From Candidatus Woesearchaeota archaeon B3_Woes (GTDB lineage Archaea > Nanobdellota > Nanobdellia > Woesearchaeales > B3-WOES): DNA of 40,738 nucleotides. The DNA lies in NCBI GenBank assembly GCA_005222965.1, contig NJBG01000001.1:394323-435060 (forward strand), written 5' to 3'. The notes under the pieces were generated by a model. That model saw only the letters and a program-made list of their open reading frames with translations. It did not search any database and was not told where the DNA came from. A program made the translations under genes and the position numbers. Shown here piece by piece: positions 18,402 through 26,850 of the stretch. Each line of letters starts with the position of its first letter. The stretch's first letter is position 1.

Positions 18402-19277
18402 ATGAATTTTAAAAAAATTAAAAATAAATTTGGATTTTATCAAATAGAACCCAAACCGACTAAAGAAGAATTAAAAGAGTTTTACCAAAAGAAATACTAT
18501 CAAGAAAGTAAAGGAAGTTTTGAAGTGAAATATAATAAAGCAGAACAGGTATATTTTAGAAATGAAAGTATAACATTTGAAAGAATATGGGAAATGTTTG
18601 GAAAAAGCAAGAATATTAAATTATTAGATGTTGGTTGTGGAGAAGGATATTTTATGAAATATTTTGTAGAACAAGGTTATAAAGCAGAAGGCTTTGATTT
18701 TTCTAATTGGGGTATTACCCACCATAATAAAAAGTTGTTAAAATATTTTGAGCAAGGTGATATTTATGAAATTTTAGACAAAAAAATATCCAAAGAAAAG
18801 AAATATGATTTGATCAATCTTGGGAATATATTAGAACATGTTTTAGAACCATTAGAATTATTAGATAAATTAAAGAAATTAATGAATAAAGAATCTTTGC
18901 TCAGAATTAAAGTACCAAATGATTACTCAGATTTTCAAATGTTATTATTGAAACAAAAAAAGATAAAAGAATCAGCGTGGTTTACTCCTCCAGATCATTT
19001 AAGTTATTTTAATTTTAAATCTTTAAGAAAAACATTAAAAGCAAAGGGTTTTAGGGTGTATAAAATGTTAGCAGATTTTCCAAATGAGATTTATCTTTCT
19101 AATGAATATTCTAATTATTTCAAAACACGAAGTAAAGGGAAAGAATGTCACAACTCAAGGGTTTTGATTACAAACTTTTTGTTTAATACTGGTGTTGATA
19201 AATATATAAAATATATGGAATCGGCCGGAAATTGTGGAATTGGAAGAACTATAACAGCTTATGTGAGTTTAAAATGA
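18402..19277 (+). CDS. Class I SAM-dependent methyltransferase
   Basis: LLDVGCGEG, NILEHV, IKVPND, PPDHLSYF. Confidence 0.88.
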   Translation: MNFKKIKNKFGFYQIEPKPTKEELKEFYQKKYYQESKGSFEVKYNKAEQVYFRNESITFERIWEMFGKSKNIKLLDVGCGEGYFMKYFVEQGYKAEGFDFSNWGITHHNKKLLKYFEQGDIYEILDKKISKEKKYDLINLGNILEHVLEPLELLDKLKKLMNKESLLRIKVPNDYSDFQMLLLKQKKIKESAWFTPPDHLSYFNFKSLRKTLKAKGFRVYKMLADFPNEIYLSNEYSNYFKTRSKGKECHNSRVLITNFLFNTGVDKYIKYMESAGNCGIGRTITAYVSLK

Positions 19278-20467
19278 AAAAACCAGCAATAGAAGGTGGG
19301 AATCCTATTAGAAAAGAATATTTAATATTCGGAAAACCAGATATAGGAAAAGAAGAGATAAATGAAGTAGTTAATACTCTAAAATCAGGATGGTTAAGCA
19401 CTGGACCTAAAGTAAAACGTTTAGAAGATAGATTTAAAAAATATGTTGGATGCAAACACGCAATAGCTGTAAACTCATGTACTGCTGCTCTTCATTTATC
19501 TTTATTATGTAATGGTGTTGGAAAAGATGATGAAGTAATTGTAACTCCTATGACTTTTGCAGCCACTGTTAACGTCATTGAACATGTTGGTGCTAAACCT
19601 GTTTTTGTTGATATTGAAAAAGATTCATATAATATTGATGCAGACAAAATAAAAAAAGCAATTACATCAAAAACTAAAGCTATAATCCTTGTTCATTTCG
19701 CAGGACTACCTTGTGATATGCTAAAAGTAAACAAAATTGCAAGAGAACACAAGTTAATAGTAATAGAGGATGCTGCTCATGCAATTGGATCGGAATATAA
19801 TTCTAAAAAAATCGGATCAGAAGGCAATCCAACTTGTTTCAGCTTTTATGCTACTAAAAATTTAACAGCAGGAGAAGGCGGAATGATTGCTTTAAATGAT
19901 GGTAAATTAGCAGAAAAGATGAGGATATATTCACTTCATGGTTTAAGTAAACATGCTTGGCAAAGATACACTAAAGATTGTAAAAAGACTTATGAGATTG
20001 TATACCCTGGTTATAAATACAACATGCAAGATATCAATGCAGCAATAGCAATTCATCAATTGGAAAAGATTGATAAATTTAATTCTATTCGAAAAAAGTA
20101 TGCAAAATTATATTTCAAAGCATTTAAAAATTATGACCTTATAGAACTTCCTCCAGATAAGAAAGAAAGAAAGAACGCATGGCATTTGTTTCCAATTTTG
20201 CTTAAACTTGATAAATTAAAAATATCAAGAAATGATTTTATAAACGCATTGGATAAAGAAAACATAGGATCCGGTATTCATTTTCTTTCAATACATGAAC
20301 AACCTTATTACAAAAAGAAATATAAATTAAAGAAGAATATTCTAAAAAGAGCAGAGTATGTTTCTAGTAGAACTGCCTCTTTACCCTTACAAACATCTAT
20401 GAACAAAAAAGATGTTTTGGATGTAGTAAAAGCAGTAAAAAGGATTTTAGATTATTATAAAATATAA
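19274..20467 (+). CDS. DegT/DnrJ family sugar aminotransferase (SpsC/ArnB/PseC-like)
   Basis: NSCTAALHL, IEDAAHAIG, FSFYATKNLTAGEGG, GYKYNMQD; ATG 19274 overlaps the upstream stop. Confidence 0.9.
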   Translation: MKKPAIEGGNPIRKEYLIFGKPDIGKEEINEVVNTLKSGWLSTGPKVKRLEDRFKKYVGCKHAIAVNSCTAALHLSLLCNGVGKDDEVIVTPMTFAATVNVIEHVGAKPVFVDIEKDSYNIDADKIKKAITSKTKAIILVHFAGLPCDMLKVNKIAREHKLIVIEDAAHAIGSEYNSKKIGSEGNPTCFSFYATKNLTAGEGGMIALNDGKLAEKMRIYSLHGLSKHAWQRYTKDCKKTYEIVYPGYKYNMQDINAAIAIHQLEKIDKFNSIRKKYAKLYFKAFKNYDLIELPPDKKERKNAWHLFPILLKLDKLKISRNDFINALDKENIGSGIHFLSIHEQPYYKKKYKLKKNILKRAEYVSSRTASLPLQTSMNKKDVLDVVKAVKRILDYYKI

Positions 20468-20477
20468 AGAGGGAAAA

Positions 20478-21788
20478 ATGAAGAACAAAAAAGGAAAATT
20501 AATGTGGAACAAGGCAAAAGAATTAATTCCTGGAGGAACACAGCTACTGAGTAAAAGAGCAGAAAGGTTTTTGCCTGATAACTGGCCATCTTATTATAAA
20601 AAAGCAAAAGGTGTTAAAGTTGAAGATTTAGATGGAAATAACTATATTGACATGAGTATAATGGGGATTGGTAGTTGTGTGTTAGGTTATTCTGATGATG
20701 ATGTTAACAATGCTGTAAAAAAAGTTATTGATGAAGGTTCAATGTGCACTCTAAATTCTATTGAAGAAGTTGAATTAGCGGAATTATTATTAAAAATACA
20801 TCCCTGGGCTCAACAAGTTAGATATGCTAGAACAGGTGGAGAAGCAATGGCTATTGCTATAAGGATAGCTAGGGCTGCTTCAAAAAAGGAAAAAGTTGCT
20901 TTTTGTGGTTATCATGGTTGGCAAGATTGGTACTTATCATCTAATCTAAACAATAAAAAAAATCTGGATGGGCATTTGCTACCTGGGCTAAAACCAACTG
21001 GTGTTCCAAGAGGACTTTTAAATACAACTATTCCTTTTGAATATAATAAAATTGAGCAATTAAAAAAAATTGTAAAAAATAATGACATAGGAATAATTGT
21101 AATTGAACCTTTTAGACATCAAAACCCAAAGAATGGTTTTATTGAAAAAGTGAGAGAAATTGCGGATAAGAACAATATTGTGCTTATTTTTGACGAAATA
21201 AGTTCTGGTTGGAGGAATAATTTAGGAGGCATACACTTAGTTTACGATGTAATTCCTGATATTGTTGTTTATGCTAAAGCAATGAGTAATGGTTATCCAA
21301 TGGCTACAATTTTAGGTAAGAAAAAAGTAATGGATGTAGCACAAGATAGTTTTATTAGTAGTACATATTGGACAGAACGTATTGGTCCTACAGCAGCAAT
21401 AGCTACAATTAAAAAAATGAAAGAGAAAAAAGTTTTTGATCATATTAGTAAAATAGGTAACATGATTGGTGAAGGGTGGAAAAAATTAGCTAAAAAACAT
21501 AATCTTGATATATCAGTTAGAGGTCCAAATTCTTTAATCACTTTTTCATTTAATTATGAAAATGCAAATGAATTAAGAACATTATTCACCCAAGAGATGC
21601 TTAGAAATGGTTTTTTGGCTTCGTTGTGTGTTTATGTGTCATACAGTCATAAAAAAGAACATGTAGAAAAATACCTAAATAGTGTAGATGATGTTTTTGG
21701 TTTAATTAAATGCGCTTTAGAAAAAAACAATGTAAAAAATATGTTAGAAGGGCCAATAGCGAGCGATGATTTTAAAAGATTAACGTAA
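20478..21788 (+). CDS. Class III aminotransferase (glutamate-1-semialdehyde aminomutase-like, glycan-cluster type)
   Basis: IPGGTQLLSKR, DLDGNNYID, ARTGGEA, CGYHGWQDW, FDEISSGWR, AKAMSNGYP, ISSTYW. Confidence 0.87.
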   Translation: MKNKKGKLMWNKAKELIPGGTQLLSKRAERFLPDNWPSYYKKAKGVKVEDLDGNNYIDMSIMGIGSCVLGYSDDDVNNAVKKVIDEGSMCTLNSIEEVELAELLLKIHPWAQQVRYARTGGEAMAIAIRIARAASKKEKVAFCGYHGWQDWYLSSNLNNKKNLDGHLLPGLKPTGVPRGLLNTTIPFEYNKIEQLKKIVKNNDIGIIVIEPFRHQNPKNGFIEKVREIADKNNIVLIFDEISSGWRNNLGGIHLVYDVIPDIVVYAKAMSNGYPMATILGKKKVMDVAQDSFISSTYWTERIGPTAAIATIKKMKEKKVFDHISKIGNMIGEGWKKLAKKHNLDISVRGPNSLITFSFNYENANELRTLFTQEMLRNGFLASLCVYVSYSHKKEHVEKYLNSVDDVFGLIKCALEKNNVKNMLEGPIASDDFKRLT

Positions 21789-21876
21789 TAAGACAAACTA
21801 TTTGAATTTTATATATAATTCTTTAATTGATAAACTTTAAAAAGAGATATAAATTATAATTAAATAAATAGTTAAA

Positions 21877-23346
21877 ATGAATGTATTATTAATAAATCCG
21901 CCGGTAAGAGAAGAGGTTCCTCCTGTCATATTTCCACTAGGAGTAGCCTATTTAGTTACATGTTTAAAAAGAGCCAAACATAATCCTGTTGTTGTCGATA
22001 TAGATGGGAATAGGTTTAATTACAATGAAGCATTAAAGATTATTAAAAAACATTTAGAAAAGAATAATATTGAAGCAATATGTACTGGTGGCCTTGTTAC
22101 AGTATATAAATACTGTAAGAGATTGACAAACGATATCAGAAAAATAAATCCTAACGTTCCTATAATAATTGGAGGAAGTCTTGCGTCATCAACTCCAGAA
22201 TTAGTTTTAGAAAAGATTAAACCAAATTATATTGTTTTTGGAGAAGGCGAAATTCCCCTAACAAATTTAATTAATTGTTTAGAAAAAAAGATAGAACCAA
22301 AAGATGTTAAAGGTATTGGTTTCAAAGAAAATAATAAGATCACGTTTACACCAAAAGAAGAACCACTAAATGAAGAATTTTTGAATAATCTTTTGCCAGA
22401 TTGGGATGAATTTCCTATTGAAAAATATATTAAATATCCAAATACAGATTGTGGTACTAAAAAAAGTATGGGTGTAACTTCAATGAGGGGTTGCCCTTTT
22501 AGATGTAAATATTGTTATCATATATTTGAAAAAACAAGAATGCGTTCTCCTGAATCATTAGTAAATGAAATAAATATATTAAAGAGAAAATATAGTGTTG
22601 AACACATAATCTTTTCAGACGACCTTTTTACAGTTAGTCGTAAAAGAGTAGAAAAGTTATGTGAACTAATAGTAAAACAAAAACTTAATGTTACATGGAG
22701 TTGTTGTTCTAGAGTAAATTTAGTAGATTTAGATTTATTAAAGAAGATGAAAAAAGCAGGGTGTATTCTTATTGGATATGGTTTTGAATCTGGGAGTCAA
22801 AAAATTTTAGATTTAATGGGTAAAAGAGCAAAAGTGGAAGAAGGAGAAAAAGCTATAGAGATGACAAGAAAAGCAGGAATTTCTATTAGGGGGGCGTTTA
22901 TGATAGGTTTCCCTGGGGAAACAAAAGAGACATTTGAAGAGACTATCCAATTTTGCTTAAGAAATAACTTGACCACTTATTTTTCATTCACAGATCCTTA
23001 TCCTGGAACAGAAATATTTTATAGCTGTGAAATTGAAAAAAAGATGGATTTAGAAAAATTTGTAGAGAATATAGGAGAACAAGTTACATTAAGAGTCAAT
23101 CTCACAGATCTACCCGATAAAGAATTATTAGAAATGTGTGATAAAGGAGAAAAAAAGATAGCTAAGGCAGGTGTAATTCAGAATTTTCCATTAAATATTC
23201 TTCTTTTTCCTTTTTTTGTTCTTGGAATTAAAAAATACGCTACTGCAATAACACAATCTAAACAACTTGGTTTTGGTATGTTTCTCAAATTAAACATCTA
23301 TTATTTGAATTATAAAATCAAAATGGTTTTATCAAAATTCTTTTAA
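21877..23346 (+). CDS. B12-binding-domain radical SAM protein
   Basis: FPLGVAYL, GEGE, RGCPFRCKYC, DDLF, GFESGSQ, FMIGFPGET, PYPGT. Confidence 0.92.
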   Translation: MNVLLINPPVREEVPPVIFPLGVAYLVTCLKRAKHNPVVVDIDGNRFNYNEALKIIKKHLEKNNIEAICTGGLVTVYKYCKRLTNDIRKINPNVPIIIGGSLASSTPELVLEKIKPNYIVFGEGEIPLTNLINCLEKKIEPKDVKGIGFKENNKITFTPKEEPLNEEFLNNLLPDWDEFPIEKYIKYPNTDCGTKKSMGVTSMRGCPFRCKYCYHIFEKTRMRSPESLVNEINILKRKYSVEHIIFSDDLFTVSRKRVEKLCELIVKQKLNVTWSCCSRVNLVDLDLLKKMKKAGCILIGYGFESGSQKILDLMGKRAKVEEGEKAIEMTRKAGISIRGAFMIGFPGETKETFEETIQFCLRNNLTTYFSFTDPYPGTEIFYSCEIEKKMDLEKFVENIGEQVTLRVNLTDLPDKELLEMCDKGEKKIAKAGVIQNFPLNILLFPFFVLGIKKYATAITQSKQLGFGMFLKLNIYYLNYKIKMVLSKFF

Positions 23347-23352
23347 ATAAAA

Positions 23353-24912
23353 ATGGATAAAGATAGGATAGTTATGTTTGGATTGGATTGTGCGTCTTAT
23401 AATATTATTAATCAACTAATTAAAGAAAATAAATTGCCGAATTTTGGAAAGATTATAAATAATGGTTGTTTTGGTATGTTAAAAAGTGTAGAACCAGTAT
23501 CATCTGCGCCTGCCTGGGTTTCTTTTATGACAGGTAAGAATCAAGGAAAACACGGTATATATGCTTGGTTTAAGACGGATCCTAAACTCTATAACGATAG
23601 AGGGAAATTGCTTAATGCGTTTGATATTGATAGTAAAACAATATGGGAGATTTTAGGTAAAAAATCTGGGTGTATAAATATGCCTTTTACTTATCCTTAC
23701 TTTAAGACCACTAAATTTATGGTGTCTGGTTTTCCAAGACCTTCATTCGAAAAAGCAGTATATCCAAAGAAGCTTTTAAAAGAGTTAAAGGAATATGAAA
23801 CTGAAGATCTTCCATCTATAAAGAACAAGACAGAATATTTAAAAAAAATTTATAAAAATGATGAAAAAGTTTTTAATCTTTTTTTATACTTTCTGAACAA
23901 GAACAAAAATCTTGATTTTTTATGTTGTGTAATTGATAATCTCGATAAAATGAGTCATCATTTTTGGGATGATGAAAAAGTTTTATTTAATTACTACAAT
24001 CATCTTGATAAGAAAATAGGTATGTTGTTAAACAAACTTGAAAAAAATGATACATTATTCATTCTTTCTGACCATGGTGCTAATGCTACTCCTACAAAAA
24101 AGTTTTATTTCAATAAATGGCTCAAAGAAAAAGGATTATTAAAATTAGAAAATAAACAATTTTTTGATTTTGGTTACTGGATGGCAAAACTTCGTATAAG
24201 TAAATCAAGCTTAGAGAAAGTTATATATAAATTAGGATTATTACGTTTTGTTGCGAAAAATATATCAAATCAGAATAAAGCAAAAATGGAAAATATGCTC
24301 CCTCCTTTTTCATATATAGATTGGAATCAGACTAAAATGTATTACACAAAAACCAATGCACATTCTCCATATGAGGGAATTAATATAAATTCAAAAGGCA
24401 AAAAACCAAAAGGAATTGTTGATGAAAAAGAGTATGAAAAATTAAGAGAATCTATGATTGCAGAATTAAAAGAATTAAAAGACCCAAATACTAATAAAAA
24501 GATTGTTGAATGGGTTTGTAAAAGAGAGGAATTATATAAAGGAAAACACACTAAAGAAAGACCAGACATAATACTTAAATTAAAAGAAGATTATACTGGC
24601 GAAATTGATATTAAAAATAAGTTAGTTGAGAATTTTAAAATAAGTATCCCTGGGGAGCATCATGTTGAAGGAATTTTTATGGCTTATGGAGAAAATATAA
24701 AAAAAGAGTTTATAAAAGGAGCTGAGCTTATTGATGTTACCCCAACAATTCTTCACATGCTTAATATTCCAATTCCTTCTGATATAGATGGTAAAGTTTT
24801 AAAAATATTTGACAAAGACTCTGATTTTGAAAAAAGAGATGTAAAAATAAATTCTAAGACTGATATAGAAAAAGAGCACATAAACGATATTCTTAAAGAT
24901 ATTAAATTTTGA
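23353..24912 (+). CDS. AlkP superfamily protein (type I phosphodiesterase/nucleotide pyrophosphatase-like)
   Basis: FGLDCA, PVSSAPAWVSFMTGKNQGKHG, DKMSHHFW, LSDHG, GEHHVEGIF, DVTPTIL, DGKVL. Confidence 0.87.
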   Translation: MDKDRIVMFGLDCASYNIINQLIKENKLPNFGKIINNGCFGMLKSVEPVSSAPAWVSFMTGKNQGKHGIYAWFKTDPKLYNDRGKLLNAFDIDSKTIWEILGKKSGCINMPFTYPYFKTTKFMVSGFPRPSFEKAVYPKKLLKELKEYETEDLPSIKNKTEYLKKIYKNDEKVFNLFLYFLNKNKNLDFLCCVIDNLDKMSHHFWDDEKVLFNYYNHLDKKIGMLLNKLEKNDTLFILSDHGANATPTKKFYFNKWLKEKGLLKLENKQFFDFGYWMAKLRISKSSLEKVIYKLGLLRFVAKNISNQNKAKMENMLPPFSYIDWNQTKMYYTKTNAHSPYEGININSKGKKPKGIVDEKEYEKLRESMIAELKELKDPNTNKKIVEWVCKREELYKGKHTKERPDIILKLKEDYTGEIDIKNKLVENFKISIPGEHHVEGIFMAYGENIKKEFIKGAELIDVTPTILHMLNIPIPSDIDGKVLKIFDKDSDFEKRDVKINSKTDIEKEHINDILKDIKF

Positions 24913-24928
24913 TTACTAATCCATAAGC

Positions 24929-24977
24929 TTTATATAACAATTATATGTAATTATATGTAATTAATATATATGAGGTG
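24929..24977 (+). promoter_or_regulatory. TATA box TTTATATA (24929-24936), tandem 10-bp repeat AATTATATGT x2.5 (24939-24963) and SD GAGGTG (24972-24977) upstream of the RHH gene
   Basis: Read directly from sequence. Confidence 0.55.
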
Positions 24978-24981
24978 CAAA

Positions 24982-25203
24982 ATGGATAATAAATATACAA
25001 CCATTACAATACCGACAACACTTGCAGAAAAACTTAAAGAAAGAACAAAAGGAACAGGGTTTAGTTCTTTATCGAGTTATGTAACCTATATCTTAAGGCA
25101 GATTGTTTCTAGTACAAAGAAAAAAGAAGATAAAGAAGCTTTTAGTGAAGAAGACGAGAAAAAGGTAAAAGACAGATTGAGAGGTTTAGGATACATTGAA
25201 TAA
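24982..25203 (+). CDS. CopG/ribbon-helix-helix small regulator with C-terminal RLxxLGY tail
   Basis: YTTITIPTTLAEKLKER...GFSSLSSYVTYILRQ; ATG 24982 preferred to 24970 because of the GAGGTG SD. Confidence 0.8.
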   Translation: MDNKYTTITIPTTLAEKLKERTKGTGFSSLSSYVTYILRQIVSSTKKKEDKEAFSEEDEKKVKDRLRGLGYIE

Positions 25204-26365
25204 AAAACTTAATTTAATCTTTATCACAATAGATGGAGCAAGACAAGATAGACTAGATATTTCTAAGAAGTTTAGATATTTAATAGACAAAGGGGTTTAT
25301 TTTTCTCAGATGATTACTTGTGCACCTTATACTTTGTCTTCGATGTATGCTATATTTTCTGGAATGTATCCTTCAAAAAATGGTGTTGATTCTTATTACA
25401 ATATGTTTAAATTTAAAGAAGATACATGCAAAACTTTAACAGAATATTTTAAAGAAGAGGGATATTACACAAAAGGTGATTTTCTAAATGATGCTACAAT
25501 GCCTAATCAAGGTTTTGATGAAGTCACAATTCATAATGAACATAAAGATGATTTTTTGAAATTACATCAAAAATATTTGAAAAAAGTCCATCAAATTAAT
25601 AAAAAAGGTAAGAACTTCTTTTTATATTTACATTATAGTAATATACATACTTCAATTGTCAAAAATGTAATTAAAAAATATTCTGATTTTGATGATGTTT
25701 ATTTTAATAGCACAAATCAAAATATCAAAAAATATAATGGTTATTTAATGACAGCAGGAAATTATGCTAAACAAATGTATGAAACCATTAAACAACTTGG
25801 ATTACTTAAAAATACATTAGTAGTTTTTGTTTCTGATCATGGTATAAGTAATGGTGAAAAAAAAGGGGAAAGGTGTTATGGTTCTTTTCTATATGATTAT
25901 ACTCTTAAATCTTTTGCTATTTTTATGTTTCCAAATAAGATGAATAAAGAAGTTAAAGAAGTCACTAGAACTGTTGATATCACCCCATCCATACTTGACT
26001 TTTTTGGATTCCCTGAGGATGATTCATATGAAAAAATTCAGGGAAAATCTCTTTTTCCTTTAATCAAAAGGAAAGAAAACTCTAAAAGAATAGCTTTTGC
26101 TGAAACTGGTGGTTTAAATGGACCTTGGCCCTCTCATAAAAAATCGAATGTTAAATGTGTAAGAAGCGATGAATGGAAATTAATTCATAATGAAACACCA
26201 AATACTTGGGAATTATATAATATAAAAAAAGATAAAAACGAAGTTAAAAATGTCATATCAAAATATCCAAAAATAAAAAAGAAAATGGAAGATCAATTAA
26301 ATAAAATAGTAAATGATTGTAAAACACCTAAAATCGAGATTCCAATTGAATTAATCAAAAAATAA
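25196..26365 (+). CDS. Sulfatase-like AlkP superfamily hydrolase/transferase (Thr at the nucleophile position)
   Basis: ITIDGARQD, APYTLSSM..IFSGMYP, FFLYLHY, VSDHG, VDITPSILD, QGKSL, WKLI, ELYN. TTG start overlaps the RHH gene end. Confidence 0.85.
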   Translation: MNKKLNLIFITIDGARQDRLDISKKFRYLIDKGVYFSQMITCAPYTLSSMYAIFSGMYPSKNGVDSYYNMFKFKEDTCKTLTEYFKEEGYYTKGDFLNDATMPNQGFDEVTIHNEHKDDFLKLHQKYLKKVHQINKKGKNFFLYLHYSNIHTSIVKNVIKKYSDFDDVYFNSTNQNIKKYNGYLMTAGNYAKQMYETIKQLGLLKNTLVVFVSDHGISNGEKKGERCYGSFLYDYTLKSFAIFMFPNKMNKEVKEVTRTVDITPSILDFFGFPEDDSYEKIQGKSLFPLIKRKENSKRIAFAETGGLNGPWPSHKKSNVKCVRSDEWKLIHNETPNTWELYNIKKDKNEVKNVISKYPKIKKKMEDQLNKIVNDCKTPKIEIPIELIKK

Positions 26366-26375
26366 GGGGATTGAA

Positions 26376-26846
26376 ATGAAAATTAACAAAAAGAAAAGCA
26401 ACAAATCTAAATGTAATAAACCTATAATCGTATATGTATATGTTTGCGGGGATATAATTCATGAAGGTCATTTATTGCAACTGGAAAATGGCAAAGCTTT
26501 AGGAGATAAACTAATAGTTGGTGTATTGACGGACGAAGCAGTAATGGAAAAAAAATCAAGACCAATATTACCTTTTAGAGAAAGACTAAGATTAATACAA
26601 TCTATAAAATGTGTTGATTGTGCTGTTCCTCAACATGAATATTCTCCTATGAATAATTTAATAGCTATACAACCTGATATTCATATGGAAAGTGCTAGCC
26701 ATTTAGGAAATAAATATCTTAGGGACTTGAAAAAAGTATTTAAGGGTAGAATTGTGATGACCCCCTATTACCCTGAACAATCAAGTACAGATATAAAGAA
26801 TAGAATAAAACAAAAACATAAAATAAAAATAAATAGAGGGTGTTAA
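26376..26846 (+). CDS. HxGH cytidylyltransferase (TagD-like; resembles the CyTase domain fused to PEP mutases)
   Basis: VYVCGDIIHEGH, LIVGVLTDEA, RERL, VDCAVPQ, PYYPEQSST. Confidence 0.85.
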   Translation: MKINKKKSNKSKCNKPIIVYVYVCGDIIHEGHLLQLENGKALGDKLIVGVLTDEAVMEKKSRPILPFRERLRLIQSIKCVDCAVPQHEYSPMNNLIAIQPDIHMESASHLGNKYLRDLKKVFKGRIVMTPYYPEQSSTDIKNRIKQKHKIKINRGC

Positions 26847-26850
26847 TAAA

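Noticed and set aside
20478..21788. hemL (tetrapyrrole biosynthesis)
   Set aside because: No hem genes are nearby, and the sequence and context fit the glycan-associated class III aminotransferases.
24939..24963. CRISPR or minisatellite array
   Set aside because: Only 2.5 copies of a 10-mer with no spacers; kept only as a candidate operator.
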